From the NCBI GenBank assembly GCA_965242865.1, contig CBDETK010000013.1, forward strand, positions 2,944,001-3,008,000: a DNA stretch of 64,000 bases. The letters run 5' to 3'. The stretch comes from Candidatus Latescibacterota bacterium (GTDB lineage: Bacteria > Latescibacterota > UBA2968 > UBA8231). The notes under the pieces were generated by a model that was not told where the DNA came from, did not search any database, and worked only from the letters and a program-made list of their open reading frames with translations. A program made the position numbers and the translations under genes. Below are positions 20,470 to 32,451 of this stretch, piece after piece. Each line of letters begins with the position of its first letter. Positions within the stretch are counted from its first letter, which is position 1.

Positions 20470-20607
20470 CTAGTCGTCGGAGTGCTCTATTTGCAACGGT
20501 TCGTCGCGGTGGGATTTGTCGCGAAAAAAAGGCCGCGCTAAACGCCACAACACGTACGCGGCCGCGAGCGCGGCAACGGCGATGGCCACGGGCGTTTGCC
20601 AATCCAT
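20470..20607 (-). CDS. Small single-TM membrane protein (45 aa), absent from the ORF track
   Basis: Hand translation MDWQTPVAIAVAALAAAYVLWRLARPFFRDKSHRDEPLQIEHSDD*. Confidence 0.6.
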   Translation of the reverse strand: MDWQTPVAIAVAALAAAYVLWRLARPFFRDKSHRDEPLQIEHSDD

Positions 20608-20758
20608 ATTGAATTCAGGCATTGCGTCGATCTGATCCGATCGTCAATCAAGGTACGCGTACCCAATCTGCATGGATACTCGTAAAAGTGCCAGAAGAGA
20701 TATTTGATAAACAACCAACCTGTTCACGATTGTCGCGCCCAGTGCGGGCACGCCGGCC

Positions 20759-21058
20759 GTGCGCGATGCGGATTACATCGCCGCGCTGGGCGGCTCGGTC
20801 GTCATTGCCACTGGCGAGCCGGCGACGACGATCCAATACGCCCTGCCGCAAGCGGCCAACGTGCAGTTGACCGTGTATAACGTCGTCGGTCAGCCGGTGC
20901 GGACGCTGGTGGCCGAGCATCAGAGCGCCGGCCGCTACTTAGTGGAGTGGGACGCGACCGACGATAGCGGGCACAGCTTGTCGTCAGGGCTGTATTTCTA
21001 CCGCTTGCAAGCGGGCGGCGCATTCCACGCTGTCCAGAAAATGCTGCTGCTCAAGTAA
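20759..21058 (+). pseudogene. Orphan T9SS type-A / FlgD-Ig C-terminal sorting-domain fragment
   Basis: PATTIQYALP...VYNVVGQPVRTLV...WDATDDSG...SSGLYFYRL...KMLLLK; no signal peptide or passenger domain. Confidence 0.75.
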
Positions 21059-21071
21059 GAAGCGTTCCTAA

Positions 21072-21195
21072 GTACGCGACACCTAATTCAAGCACGCCTT
21101 TTCTGGTGTTGTGTCCGGGATCGAGGGCGTCTCGCCCTAGACGAGGGCAAGATGCCCTCGATCCTTAGGAAAGCTAGAGTTGGCGTCGTGTAGTA
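21072..21195. mobile_element. MITE-like insertion with imperfect TIRs, internal palindrome and TAA duplication
   Basis: tacgcgacacctaattcaagc / gctagagttggcgtcgtgta inverted ends; ggatcgagggc...gccctcgatcc hairpin; the flanks rejoin as at 43563-43611. Confidence 0.65.
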
Positions 21196-21241
21196 TAACA
21201 CTCATGTTGCTTTTGGCTCGTCTTGCCTGACGCCTCTAGAG

Positions 21242-21266
21242 GTCATTCCCGTGAAAGCGGGAATCC
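21242..21266. repeat. REP-like palindrome gtcattcccgtgaaagcgggaatcc
   Basis: Same family as 22095-22121 and 28788-28813; degenerate copy near 21316-21342. Confidence 0.75.
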
Positions 21267-21483
21267 TGAAAAAGACCAAGCCGCATCAGAAACTGAAACC
21301 CTCCCGTGAAGTCTCCGTCCTTCCAGTGAAAACGGGATCCAGCCGGGATCGTTTGGACGCAAGGGACGCCCACCAGCGTTTACAGACCGCTTCTAACGAG
21401 ACGCCAACCAGCAACTTGACGCTTTGGGGATGCCTCATACATTCTGTCCACGCCTCGCAGTTCACCCCGACGGAGAACAGAAT

Positions 21484-22053
21484 GTGATTACCATTACCCA
21501 AGCAGCCGAAGAGAAAATTGCCCACCTAGTCGCCGAGAGCGAAAAGCCCGTCAAGGGCCTGCGCATCGGCGCCCGCCTCGATCCCGTCAAGCAGGTTGAC
21601 TACAAGCTGGCCTTCATCTCCGACCAGCAGATAGGCGGCGACGATCAGGTCGTTCACTTCACCGGCTTTGACGTGTACATAGACCCCGAAAGCGCCGATC
21701 TGTTGGCGGAAGCCAAGGTGGATTACGTCGATGGCCTCATGGGGTCGGGGTTCAAAATTGAGCGGCCCCGCAAGATGCCCGCGCACCTGAGCGGCCCGGT
21801 GGCCGAGGCCGTCCACCGCGTCATCGAAACGCAAATCAACCCGGGCGTGGCCGCGCACGGCGGCGTGGTGACCTTAGTGGACATCAAGGGCAACACGGTC
21901 TTTGTGCAGATGGGTGGGGGCTGTCAGGGCTGTGGCCAAGCGGATGTGACGCTCAAACAGGGCATCATTCGCATGATCAAGGAAGCGGTGCCCGAGGTGG
22001 AAGCCGTAGTCGATGCGACGGACCACGCCTCCGGCGAAAACCCTTACTATTAG
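21484..22053 (+). CDS. nfuA: Fe-S cluster biogenesis protein NfuA
   Basis: ITITQAA A-type carrier N-domain; INPGVAAHGG...GGGCQGC NifU C-domain; GTG start. Confidence 0.88.
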   Translation: MITITQAAEEKIAHLVAESEKPVKGLRIGARLDPVKQVDYKLAFISDQQIGGDDQVVHFTGFDVYIDPESADLLAEAKVDYVDGLMGSGFKIERPRKMPAHLSGPVAEAVHRVIETQINPGVAAHGGVVTLVDIKGNTVFVQMGGGCQGCGQADVTLKQGIIRMIKEAVPEVEAVVDATDHASGENPYY

Positions 22054-22068
22054 GTCGCGGAGAGGTGC

Positions 22069-22185
22069 TATAGCAATCCTACATCATTCAAGACTGGATT
22101 CCCGCTTTCGCGGGAATGATTCCTCATAGGCAAAAAGACGATGCCGATGAACATTCCATGCTTCAAGTCATTTAGGATGGCTATA
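22069..22185. mobile_element. 117-bp MITE with TA-ended TIRs carrying a REP palindrome
   Basis: tatagcaatcctacat...atttaggatggctata inverted termini; second copy at 28763. Confidence 0.75.
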
Positions 22186-22988
22186 TGACAACGGCGTTGC
22201 CGCTGGTGGCGCGGCCCAATCTTGAAGGCTATGTGCAGGCGATGAAGGAAGACGGGTACGCCTACTTTCCCGCGGTGCTCAACGAGCGCGAGATCGCCGA
22301 GTTGCGCCGAGCCATGGACGAGCTGACCGCGCTGGAGGAAAGCTACGACCGCCACACCGACCCGGCCGCGCACGGCTTCCTCAACAAGACCATCAACAAC
22401 GCATTCAACCGCGCCCCGATCTTCGCCCAGTACTTGGACCGGCCCGAAATCATCGACTTAGTCGAGGCCGTTCACGGCGACGATTGCCACTGCATCGGCA
22501 TGACGGCTTGGCTGACCGGCCCGGGCCGCCCGGACCAAACCCTGCACGCCGACTGGCAGCCCCTGACCCTGCCCGAAGAAGTCATGGCTCACCCCGCGGT
22601 CGAGATTCCAATTTTCATCACCACCGCCCATTACTATCTCGACGATCTGACCGAGGAGTTGGGACCGACGCGCTTTGTGCCGGGCAGCCACCGCGCGGGT
22701 CGGCGGCCCCGGTCTGGCGAGACCCGCTTCAAGGGCGTAGAGGAGCAGAGCATCTTGTGCAAGGCCGGCGACTGCGTGTTGTTCCGCTGCGAGGTTTGGC
22801 ATCGGGGCACGGCGAATACGAGCAACCAAACGCGCTATTTGCTGCAAGTACACTACGCCCAGCGCATCATCACCCAGAAGTACCCCCCCTATCTGAACAA
22901 GTTTCAATTCGACGCGGCCCTGTTGGCGCAGGCGACGCCACGGCAGCGACGGCTTTTGGGCGACCACGTCCCGAGCAATTACGACTAA
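22185..22988 (+). CDS. Phytanoyl-CoA dioxygenase (PhyH) family Fe(II)/2OG enzyme
   Basis: EDGYAYF, LHAD (HxD), GPTRFVPGSH, WHRGTAN. Confidence 0.9.
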   Translation: MTTALPLVARPNLEGYVQAMKEDGYAYFPAVLNEREIAELRRAMDELTALEESYDRHTDPAAHGFLNKTINNAFNRAPIFAQYLDRPEIIDLVEAVHGDDCHCIGMTAWLTGPGRPDQTLHADWQPLTLPEEVMAHPAVEIPIFITTAHYYLDDLTEELGPTRFVPGSHRAGRRPRSGETRFKGVEEQSILCKAGDCVLFRCEVWHRGTANTSNQTRYLLQVHYAQRIITQKYPPYLNKFQFDAALLAQATPRQRRLLGDHVPSNYD

Positions 22989-22998
22989 AAGCCAGCTC

Positions 22999-23376
22999 AT
23001 GCCCTCCACCGATTCCCCCATATCCGTCCTGCTCGTCGAGGACAACCCCATTCACGCCCGCCTGTTGCAGGGCTTGCTAAAACCGGAATTTGCCGTAGAA
23101 GCGGTCGATCACTTAGGGGCCGGCTTGGCGCGGCTAGCGGCCGGCGGCATCGACGCGATCCTCCTCGACCTAGTGCTGCCCGACAGCCAAGAGTTGGCCA
23201 CCTTTGAGCGCGTCAAGGCAACCGTCCCGAATGTGCCCGTCTTGGTCCTGACCGGCCTCGACGACGAAGTGCTCGCCGAAGAGGCCGTAGCGGCCGGGGC
23301 CCGCGATTACCTAATCAAAACGCAGATCAACGGCGAGAGCTTGGCTCGGGCTATTCGGGCGGCCATAGCGGGTTAG
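22999..23376 (+). CDS. Single-domain response regulator
   Basis: [25 protein letters not shown]. Confidence 0.92.
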   Translation: MPSTDSPISVLLVEDNPIHARLLQGLLKPEFAVEAVDHLGAGLARLAAGGIDAILLDLVLPDSQELATFERVKATVPNVPVLVLTGLDDEVLAEEAVAAGARDYLIKTQINGESLARAIRAAIAG

Positions 23377-23377
23377 C

Positions 23378-26236
<2,859 letters not shown>

Positions 26237-26252
26237 CGACGCAGGAGTAGAA

Positions 26253-26576
26253 ATGGAACGAGTGTACACTACGCAGGACTTGGCCCTGCTCAGCCACCTC
26301 AAAAACGCGCTGGCCGCGCAGGGCATTGAATGCGTTTTGCGCGGTCAACACCTGCTCGGCGGCGTGGGCGAATTGCCTCCGATTGAGTGTTGGCCGGAGT
26401 TGTGGGTCTTGGACGACCAACAGGCCGCCGCCGCGAAGTCGCACATCGACACTCTGTTTGCCACGGCTGTGGGAGACGAGGAACCGTGGACTTGTGCCGC
26501 GTGTGGGGAGGAGTGCCCGGGGGCGTTTACGGATTGTTGGAACTGCGGGGTGGCGCGTACGGAGTTTGACCATTAG
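26253..26576 (+). CDS. DUF2007-like protein with C-terminal zinc ribbon
   Basis: LKNALAAQGIEC...GELPP...WPELWV; WTCAAC...FTDCWNC; AGGAG RBS. Confidence 0.8.
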   Translation: MERVYTTQDLALLSHLKNALAAQGIECVLRGQHLLGGVGELPPIECWPELWVLDDQQAAAAKSHIDTLFATAVGDEEPWTCAACGEECPGAFTDCWNCGVARTEFDH

Positions 26577-26640
26577 ATACGTTTGGCTTGGATGCTACGG
26601 ACTTTTTTTACCCTTGCTAATTCGGGCGAGGAGACCGGCT

Positions 26641-28218
26641 ATGCGTTTTTTTAACACGACAGGGCCAGTGGTAGCGGCCGATCACGACTGCATTCCACCG
26701 TTGGATCGGCTCAATCTCACTGAGGTTCGCCGCCTCATCCGCGACAAGCGCTATTTCGTTCTACACGCGCCGCGTCAGACGGGCAAGACGTCGGCATTGC
26801 TGACATTGCGCGACCTGCTCAACGGCGAGGGGCGCTACCGTTGCGTATATGTCAACGTCGAAGGGGGGCAGACCGGGCGCGAAGATGTGGAGCAGGTGAT
26901 GCGCACCATTTTGGGTGCGCTGGCCTCTTGGGCGAATGCGACGCTCGGCGACGAGTTTCTCGACTCGGTTTGGCCTGACATCTTGGCGAAATACGGTCCG
27001 CACGGGGCCTTGGGTGAGGCACTGGCACGCTGGTCGCAGGCGTCGGCGCAGCCGCTGGTGCTGCTGATTGACGAGATCGACGCGCTGATTGGCGACTCGT
27101 TGCTGGCGGTGTTGCGTCAGTTGCGAGCGGGCTATGTGCGGCGGCCCGAGGGATTTCCGCAGAGCGTGGTATTGTGCGGAGTGCGCGATGTGCGCGACTA
27201 CCGCATCCAATCGACCGCAGAAAACGCGATTATTGCCGGCGGCAGTGCGTTCAACATCAAGGCGAGATCGTTGCGCTTGGGCGACTTTACGCGAGACGAG
27301 GTGGTTGCTCTGCTGGGACAGCACACGGAAGAAACGGGACAGGTGTTTACAGGCGAAGCATTGGAGGTACTCTGGGCGCAGACGCAAGGGCAGCCGTGGC
27401 TGGTCAACGCCTTAGCCGACGAGACGTGCTCATATCGGGAAGCGGCGGCCGACCGTTGCCTGCCGATCACGGCCGAGGCCATCCGCCACGCGCAAGAGCA
27501 ACTCATTTTGCGGCGGGAGACGCACTTGGATCAGTTGGCCGACAAGCTGCAAGAGAAGCGGGTGCAGCGGGTGGTCGAGCCGCTGTTGAGCGGATCGGAC
27601 GAGCGCACATTCTCCACGCACGATCTCGAATACGTCCTCGACTTGGGCCTAGTGGCGCACGATCGTCCGCTGCGGGTGGCCAATCCAATCTACGCCGAGG
27701 TGATCCCCCGCGAGTTGACGTGGGTTGTTCAGGAGGAATTTGAGCAGGAGACGGCTTGGTACGTGGATGCCGAGGGCGGCTTGGATATGGGCAAACTGCT
27801 GACCGCGTTTCAGACGTTCTTCCGCGAGCATTCGGAGCATTGGGTGGAGCGGTTCCAATACCAAGAGGCCGGCCCGCAGTTGCTGTTGCAGGCTTTTTTG
27901 CTGCGGATTGTCAACAGCGGCGGTCGGATTGAGCGGGAGTATGGCTTGGGTCGGGGTCGGACGGACCTGCTGATCGCGTGGCCGCAGGGCGAGCAGACCC
28001 ACAAGGTAGTGCTCGAGTGCAAAGTGCTGCACAAGAGCTTAGAACAGACCCGTGCCGAGGGGCTGGAACAGACCGCGGGCTATATGGATCGGTGTGCCGC
28101 GGCGGCGGGTCATTTGGTAATTTTTGATCGGCGCGTTGGCAGGCGTTGGGAGGACAAAATTTTCCATTGTCGGTGTGCGGCGAGTAGTGGTGTTGCGATC
28201 GATGTTTGGGGGATGTGA
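26641..28218 (+). CDS. AAA+ ATPase fused to a PD-(D/E)XK nuclease-like domain
   Basis: MRFFNTTGP, APRQTGKTS Walker A, LLIDEID Walker B, EREY...RTDLLI...VLECK. Confidence 0.85.
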   Translation: MRFFNTTGPVVAADHDCIPPLDRLNLTEVRRLIRDKRYFVLHAPRQTGKTSALLTLRDLLNGEGRYRCVYVNVEGGQTGREDVEQVMRTILGALASWANATLGDEFLDSVWPDILAKYGPHGALGEALARWSQASAQPLVLLIDEIDALIGDSLLAVLRQLRAGYVRRPEGFPQSVVLCGVRDVRDYRIQSTAENAIIAGGSAFNIKARSLRLGDFTRDEVVALLGQHTEETGQVFTGEALEVLWAQTQGQPWLVNALADETCSYREAAADRCLPITAEAIRHAQEQLILRRETHLDQLADKLQEKRVQRVVEPLLSGSDERTFSTHDLEYVLDLGLVAHDRPLRVANPIYAEVIPRELTWVVQEEFEQETAWYVDAEGGLDMGKLLTAFQTFFREHSEHWVERFQYQEAGPQLLLQAFLLRIVNSGGRIEREYGLGRGRTDLLIAWPQGEQTHKVVLECKVLHKSLEQTRAEGLEQTAGYMDRCAAAAGHLVIFDRRVGRRWEDKIFHCRCAASSGVAIDVWGM

Positions 28219-28257
28219 AGGCAGATTGCAGCGATTCAATAGGGTTGAGATAAAGAT

Positions 28258-28767
28258 ATGACGAGATTGGCGATTGCGTATTTTCTAAAAGGGAAGGCCG
28301 CGAATACAATTAACGGTTTACGCCAAAAATATGACGTTAAGACTGCCACAGCGATAGCTGGGCATCTGACAATAGCTGGGCCTTGTAACGCGGAAACTCC
28401 TCTTTCTCAAATACAAGACGTAGTGGCCCGTTTTGCTGCTACACTACAACCGATCCCGCTTACGATCAGCAGAGTGGAAACATTTCTGCCGATCTCGGCA
28501 ACGTGTTATCTAGGGATAAACCCCAAAGAACCTCTCAAGACCCTCCATGCTGCTATTGTATCGCAATTGAACTGGACGGAATGCTATCCCTACCACCCTC
28601 ACGTGACGATCACTGAGTATCTTACACCTGCAAGAACGAAAGAAGTCGCAGATCAACTTCAAGGCTTAAACATTCACGAAACCGATACGCTAGATTCTTT
28701 AACATTACTCGAGAAGGATTTTAGAGGTACATGGTGCGAGATTGATAAGGAAGCGAGGCATATATAG
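28258..28767 (+). CDS. 2H phosphoesterase (2'-5' RNA ligase family)
   Basis: Two HxT motifs (GHLTI, PHVTI); markedly lower GC than neighbours. Confidence 0.8.
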   Translation: MTRLAIAYFLKGKAANTINGLRQKYDVKTATAIAGHLTIAGPCNAETPLSQIQDVVARFAATLQPIPLTISRVETFLPISATCYLGINPKEPLKTLHAAIVSQLNWTECYPYHPHVTITEYLTPARTKEVADQLQGLNIHETDTLDSLTLLEKDFRGTWCEIDKEARHI

Positions 28768-28856
28768 CAATCCCATATCATTCAAGACTGGATCCCCGCT
28801 GTTGCGGGATGACGCCTCTATGCAAAAAAGACGGTGCCGATCAACATTTTATGCCT
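28763..28856. mobile_element. Truncated second copy of the 22069-22185 MITE
   Basis: tatagcaatcc..atcattcaagactggat.cccgct...gcggga.tga...aaaaagacg.tgccgat.aacatt aligns to the first copy; right TIR missing. Confidence 0.75.
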
Positions 28857-28861
28857 TCTGC

Positions 28862-31588
28862 TTAGTGCGCCTCCAGCCAATTTTCGCCGGTGCCCATCTC
28901 GATTTCTATCGGCACCGCCAGCGGCAGGGCCTCGCGCATCTCGCGGGCGACTAGCGGCGGCAGGGCCTCTGCTTCGTCCCGGTGCAGATCGAAGACCAGC
29001 TCGTCGTGGACTTGCAACAGCAGGGCCGAGCGGAATCCCCCCTCGCGCAGCAGCCGGTGGATGCGGCTCATGGCCAGCTTGATCATGTCCGCGGCCGTCC
29101 CCTGAATCCGGGTGTTGATCGCGTTGCGCTCGGCCCCCTTGCGGGTGGTGGCGTTGCGCGAGTTGATGTCGCGCAGGTAGCGCCGCCGCCCGGTCACCGT
29201 CTCGACGTAGCCCTTGTCGCGGGCGAACTCCACGGTCTCGGCGACGTAGCGCTGCACTCCGGGGTACTGGGCAAAGTACTGCTCAATTTGCTCGGTGGCC
29301 TCCCGGCGGGTGATGTCGAGCCGCTCGGCTAAGCCAAAGGGCGAGATGCCGTAGATGATGCCGAAGTTGACCGTCTTGGCTTGGCGGCGCATCGGGTCTG
29401 TCACTTGGTCTTCTGCGACTTGGTATATCTTGACCGCTGTAGCCACGTGGATATCGCCGCCGCGGTTGAAGGTGTCTAGCATCCCCTCGTCGCGGCTGAG
29501 CGCGGCCGCGATCCGCAATTCGATCTGCGAATAATCGGCCGAAAAGAGCAGGTAGGAAGGGCTGCGCGGCACAAAGGCGCGGCGGATTTCCCGCCCCTGC
29601 TCGCTGCGGATGGGGATGTTCTGCAGGTTCGGGCGGTCGGACTTCATCCGGCCGGTGGCGGTCATTAGCTGCTCGTAGTTGGTGTGGACGCGCCCGGTGG
29701 CCGTATAGACCGCGCTGGGCAGCTGATCGACATAGGTTGACTTGAGCTTGGTGTGCAATCGGTAGTTGAGCACCTGCCGGGCGATCTCGTGGCGATGGGC
29801 CAGCCGGCGCAAGACCTGTTCGCCCGTCTGGTACTGGCCGGTCTTTTGCGTCCGCCGCGCATTGGGGTCCAGCTTGAGCTTCTCAAAGAGCACCCCCCCG
29901 AGCTGGTGGCCCGAATTGAGGTTGAAGCGCTCGCCGGCCAGCTCAAAGACGCGCTCACTCGCTCGCTCACTGGCTTCCTCAAACTGCCGCGCAAGCCCGG
30001 CTAGGGCCGCGCTCTCCATGCGGATGCCCTCGTATTCCATATCGACCAGCACCGGCAGGAGCGGGGCTTCGATCTCGTAGAACACTTGGCGTTGCCCCGC
30101 GTCCTCAATTTTGGGCCGCAACGCCGCGGCGAGTTGGAAGGTGATGTCCGCGTCCTCGCAAGCGTACTCAGCCACTTGTTCCACCGGCACCTGCAAGAGC
30201 GTTAGCTGCTCGCCGCCGCGCTTGCCGATCAGCTCGGAGATGGACTTGGGCGCGTAGGCCAGCAGGTTCTTGGCCAGCTCGTCCATGCTGCGCCTTAGTT
30301 CGGGCTCGGCCAAGGTCGCGGCCAGCATCGTGTCGAAGAAAGGCCCTGCCACCCGCAGGCCGTGCCAGCGGAGGACGCCGAGATCGTACTTGAGATTGTG
30401 GCCGATTTTTTCGCTCGCTTCGCTTGCAAAGACCGGGCGGAATTCCTCCAAAACGGCCAGCACCTCGGCCCGCTCTATCGGCAGCGGCACGTAGTGGCCC
30501 GTGCCCGGGGCCCAAGAGAAAGCCAAGCCAATCAAATCGCATTGCCGGACATCGAGGCCGTTGGTCTCCACGTCAAAGCAAAACGCCGGCTGCGCCAATA
30601 GCGCGGCGATCAACGCCCGGCGCTTGTCGGGCGTATCCGCGAGCTGATAGTCGTGCTCCACATCGGCCACCTCTTTGAGTGGGCCGTGGGCCTGCTCCTT
30701 TTCAGCGCGAAACTCGTCGCCGAGGAGCCGCCGACCCAGCGTATTGAATTCGAGCTCGGTGCAGAGGGCGTTTAGCTTAGGGCGGTCCCACTCGGCCTTG
30801 GCCAAATCCGCCAGCCCCACGTTTAGCGGCACATTGCACTCAATGGTGACGAGCTCCTTGGAGAGCAGGGCCTGCTCCCGGTGGTCTTCTACGTTCTGCT
30901 TTTGCTTGCCCTTGAGCTGGTCGGAGTGCGCCAGCAATTCTTCGACGCTGCCGTACTGGGCAATGAGCTTTTGCGCGGTCTTGGGGCCGATCCCAGGGAC
31001 GCCGGGCACATTGTCCGAAGCGTCGCCCATCAGCCCCAGCACATCGATCACTTGGTCAATTCGCTCGACCTGCCATTGCGCGAGGATTTCCGCCACTCCC
31101 AAAACCTCGGCTTCGTCGCCGTGCCGCCCCGGCTTGTACATAAAGCTCCGCTCGGAAACGAGCTGGCCGTAGTCTTTGTCGGGCGTGACCATGTACGTCG
31201 CAAATCCCTCGGCTTCGGCCTGTTTGGCCAAGGTGCCGATTACGTCGTCGGCCTCCCAGCCGGGCTCGCGTAGGACCGGGATGTTAAACGCCTCGCAGAG
31301 CTGGAATACGTACGGCAACGCTTGGCTCAGCTCCTCGGGCATGGCCTCGCGCTGGGCCTTGTACTCTTCGTATTTGTGGTGCCGGTGGGTCGGCTCTGGG
31401 GTGTCGAAGACAGCGGCGATATGCGTGGGCTCGCCTTTCTCGATAATGGAGAGCACGGTGTTGGCAAAGGCAAAAACGGCCGACGTGTTCACGCCCGTTG
31501 AGGTCAGGCGCGGATTGCGAATCATCGCGAAGTGCCCCCGATAGACGAGGGCCATGCCATCGAGCAGGAAGAGAACGTTTTCGCTCAT
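28862..31588 (-). CDS. polA: DNA polymerase I
   Basis: LFLLDG 5'-exonuclease, EADDVIG, FDVET 3'-exonuclease, PNLQNIP, ADYSQIELR, LQVHDEL. Confidence 0.97.
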   Translation of the reverse strand: MSENVLFLLDGMALVYRGHFAMIRNPRLTSTGVNTSAVFAFANTVLSIIEKGEPTHIAAVFDTPEPTHRHHKYEEYKAQREAMPEELSQALPYVFQLCEAFNIPVLREPGWEADDVIGTLAKQAEAEGFATYMVTPDKDYGQLVSERSFMYKPGRHGDEAEVLGVAEILAQWQVERIDQVIDVLGLMGDASDNVPGVPGIGPKTAQKLIAQYGSVEELLAHSDQLKGKQKQNVEDHREQALLSKELVTIECNVPLNVGLADLAKAEWDRPKLNALCTELEFNTLGRRLLGDEFRAEKEQAHGPLKEVADVEHDYQLADTPDKRRALIAALLAQPAFCFDVETNGLDVRQCDLIGLAFSWAPGTGHYVPLPIERAEVLAVLEEFRPVFASEASEKIGHNLKYDLGVLRWHGLRVAGPFFDTMLAATLAEPELRRSMDELAKNLLAYAPKSISELIGKRGGEQLTLLQVPVEQVAEYACEDADITFQLAAALRPKIEDAGQRQVFYEIEAPLLPVLVDMEYEGIRMESAALAGLARQFEEASERASERVFELAGERFNLNSGHQLGGVLFEKLKLDPNARRTQKTGQYQTGEQVLRRLAHRHEIARQVLNYRLHTKLKSTYVDQLPSAVYTATGRVHTNYEQLMTATGRMKSDRPNLQNIPIRSEQGREIRRAFVPRSPSYLLFSADYSQIELRIAAALSRDEGMLDTFNRGGDIHVATAVKIYQVAEDQVTDPMRRQAKTVNFGIIYGISPFGLAERLDITRREATEQIEQYFAQYPGVQRYVAETVEFARDKGYVETVTGRRRYLRDINSRNATTRKGAERNAINTRIQGTAADMIKLAMSRIHRLLREGGFRSALLLQVHDELVFDLHRDEAEALPPLVAREMREALPLAVPIEIEMGTGENWLEAH

Positions 31589-31608
31589 GCCAAATTCTTT
31601 CGTCGGGT

Positions 31609-32448
31609 TCAAACGGCTTGGTTGGCTGGTTCGTAGTACTTGTTGACGCCGGGCACATCGCTCATTCCGTGCCACACGCCCCGGAAGAGGGTGCGGTGCT
31701 TTTCTGGGAACGCGGCGATCACTTCGACCGCTGGGCAGCCCTTGCCCCACTTGGAATTGACGGTGTCGTAGCAGGTGAACAAGCTCAGCCGGTCCCGCTG
31801 TGGGTTGGTCCAGCGCGTACCCGAATGGCACAGGGCCTCGGTGAAGATCACGGCTGAACCGGCCGGACAGGTATAGCTCTCCCACAGCGCACTGTCGCGC
31901 TGGCTCAACGCTTCGGGTCGGGGGAAGGCGGCCTTGTGGCTGCCCGGCAGAAAAAGCGTACCTCCGTCGCCTTCGCCGACTTCGTTGAGCTCCCACACCA
32001 CCCGCGTCAGCCCGGAATGGACCTTGCCCGGCTGCATTTGGTAGATATGCGAGTCGCCGCGAAAATTGAAGTAGCCGCCGCCGCCGTGCGGGCCGAAGTT
32101 GTCGTGTCCGGCCCGGCGATGGCTGGTATAGGTGTGGTCGTAGCGAAACCCGTAGCACTCTTCGCTGGCCAGCGCTTGGTGCGAGAGCACTTCGTTGAGT
32201 ACGCCCACTACCGCCGGGTGGTCGAGCAAAATCTGCGATGGGCCGCCGTGATTGTCGCGCTCGGGCGGCGGCAGGGACTCGCGCTCGTAGAGGAACTTGT
32301 GCTGATGGGCGCGAATCGGCCCCAGCTCTTCTGCGCTCAACAGTGCCGGCAAGAGGATAAATCCCTTGAGGTCGAAAACGTACTGCTGGGCCTCGGTCAT
32401 CGGGACGACGGCTCGCCCGTCGGCATTGGTCGTGGGCAGCAGTTCCAT
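31609..32448 (-). CDS. PhyH family Fe(II)/2OG enzyme with HxG variant motif
   Basis: FDLKGF, PHGGG, GGTLFLPGSHKA, FTEALCHSG. Confidence 0.85.
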   Translation of the reverse strand: MELLPTTNADGRAVVPMTEAQQYVFDLKGFILLPALLSAEELGPIRAHQHKFLYERESLPPPERDNHGGPSQILLDHPAVVGVLNEVLSHQALASEECYGFRYDHTYTSHRRAGHDNFGPHGGGGYFNFRGDSHIYQMQPGKVHSGLTRVVWELNEVGEGDGGTLFLPGSHKAAFPRPEALSQRDSALWESYTCPAGSAVIFTEALCHSGTRWTNPQRDRLSLFTCYDTVNSKWGKGCPAVEVIAAFPEKHRTLFRGVWHGMSDVPGVNKYYEPANQAV

Positions 32449-32451
32449 ATT

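Noticed and set aside
20620-20673. Minus-strand MQIGYA...DQIDA resembling a serine-resolvase N-terminus
   Set aside because: Too short, interrupted by a stop and lacking RVST; cannot be supported.
31589-32158. N-terminal extension of PolA in the 1098-aa track ORF
   Set aside because: It overlaps the PhyH gene in another frame; the PolA sequence starts at MSENVLFLLDG (31588).
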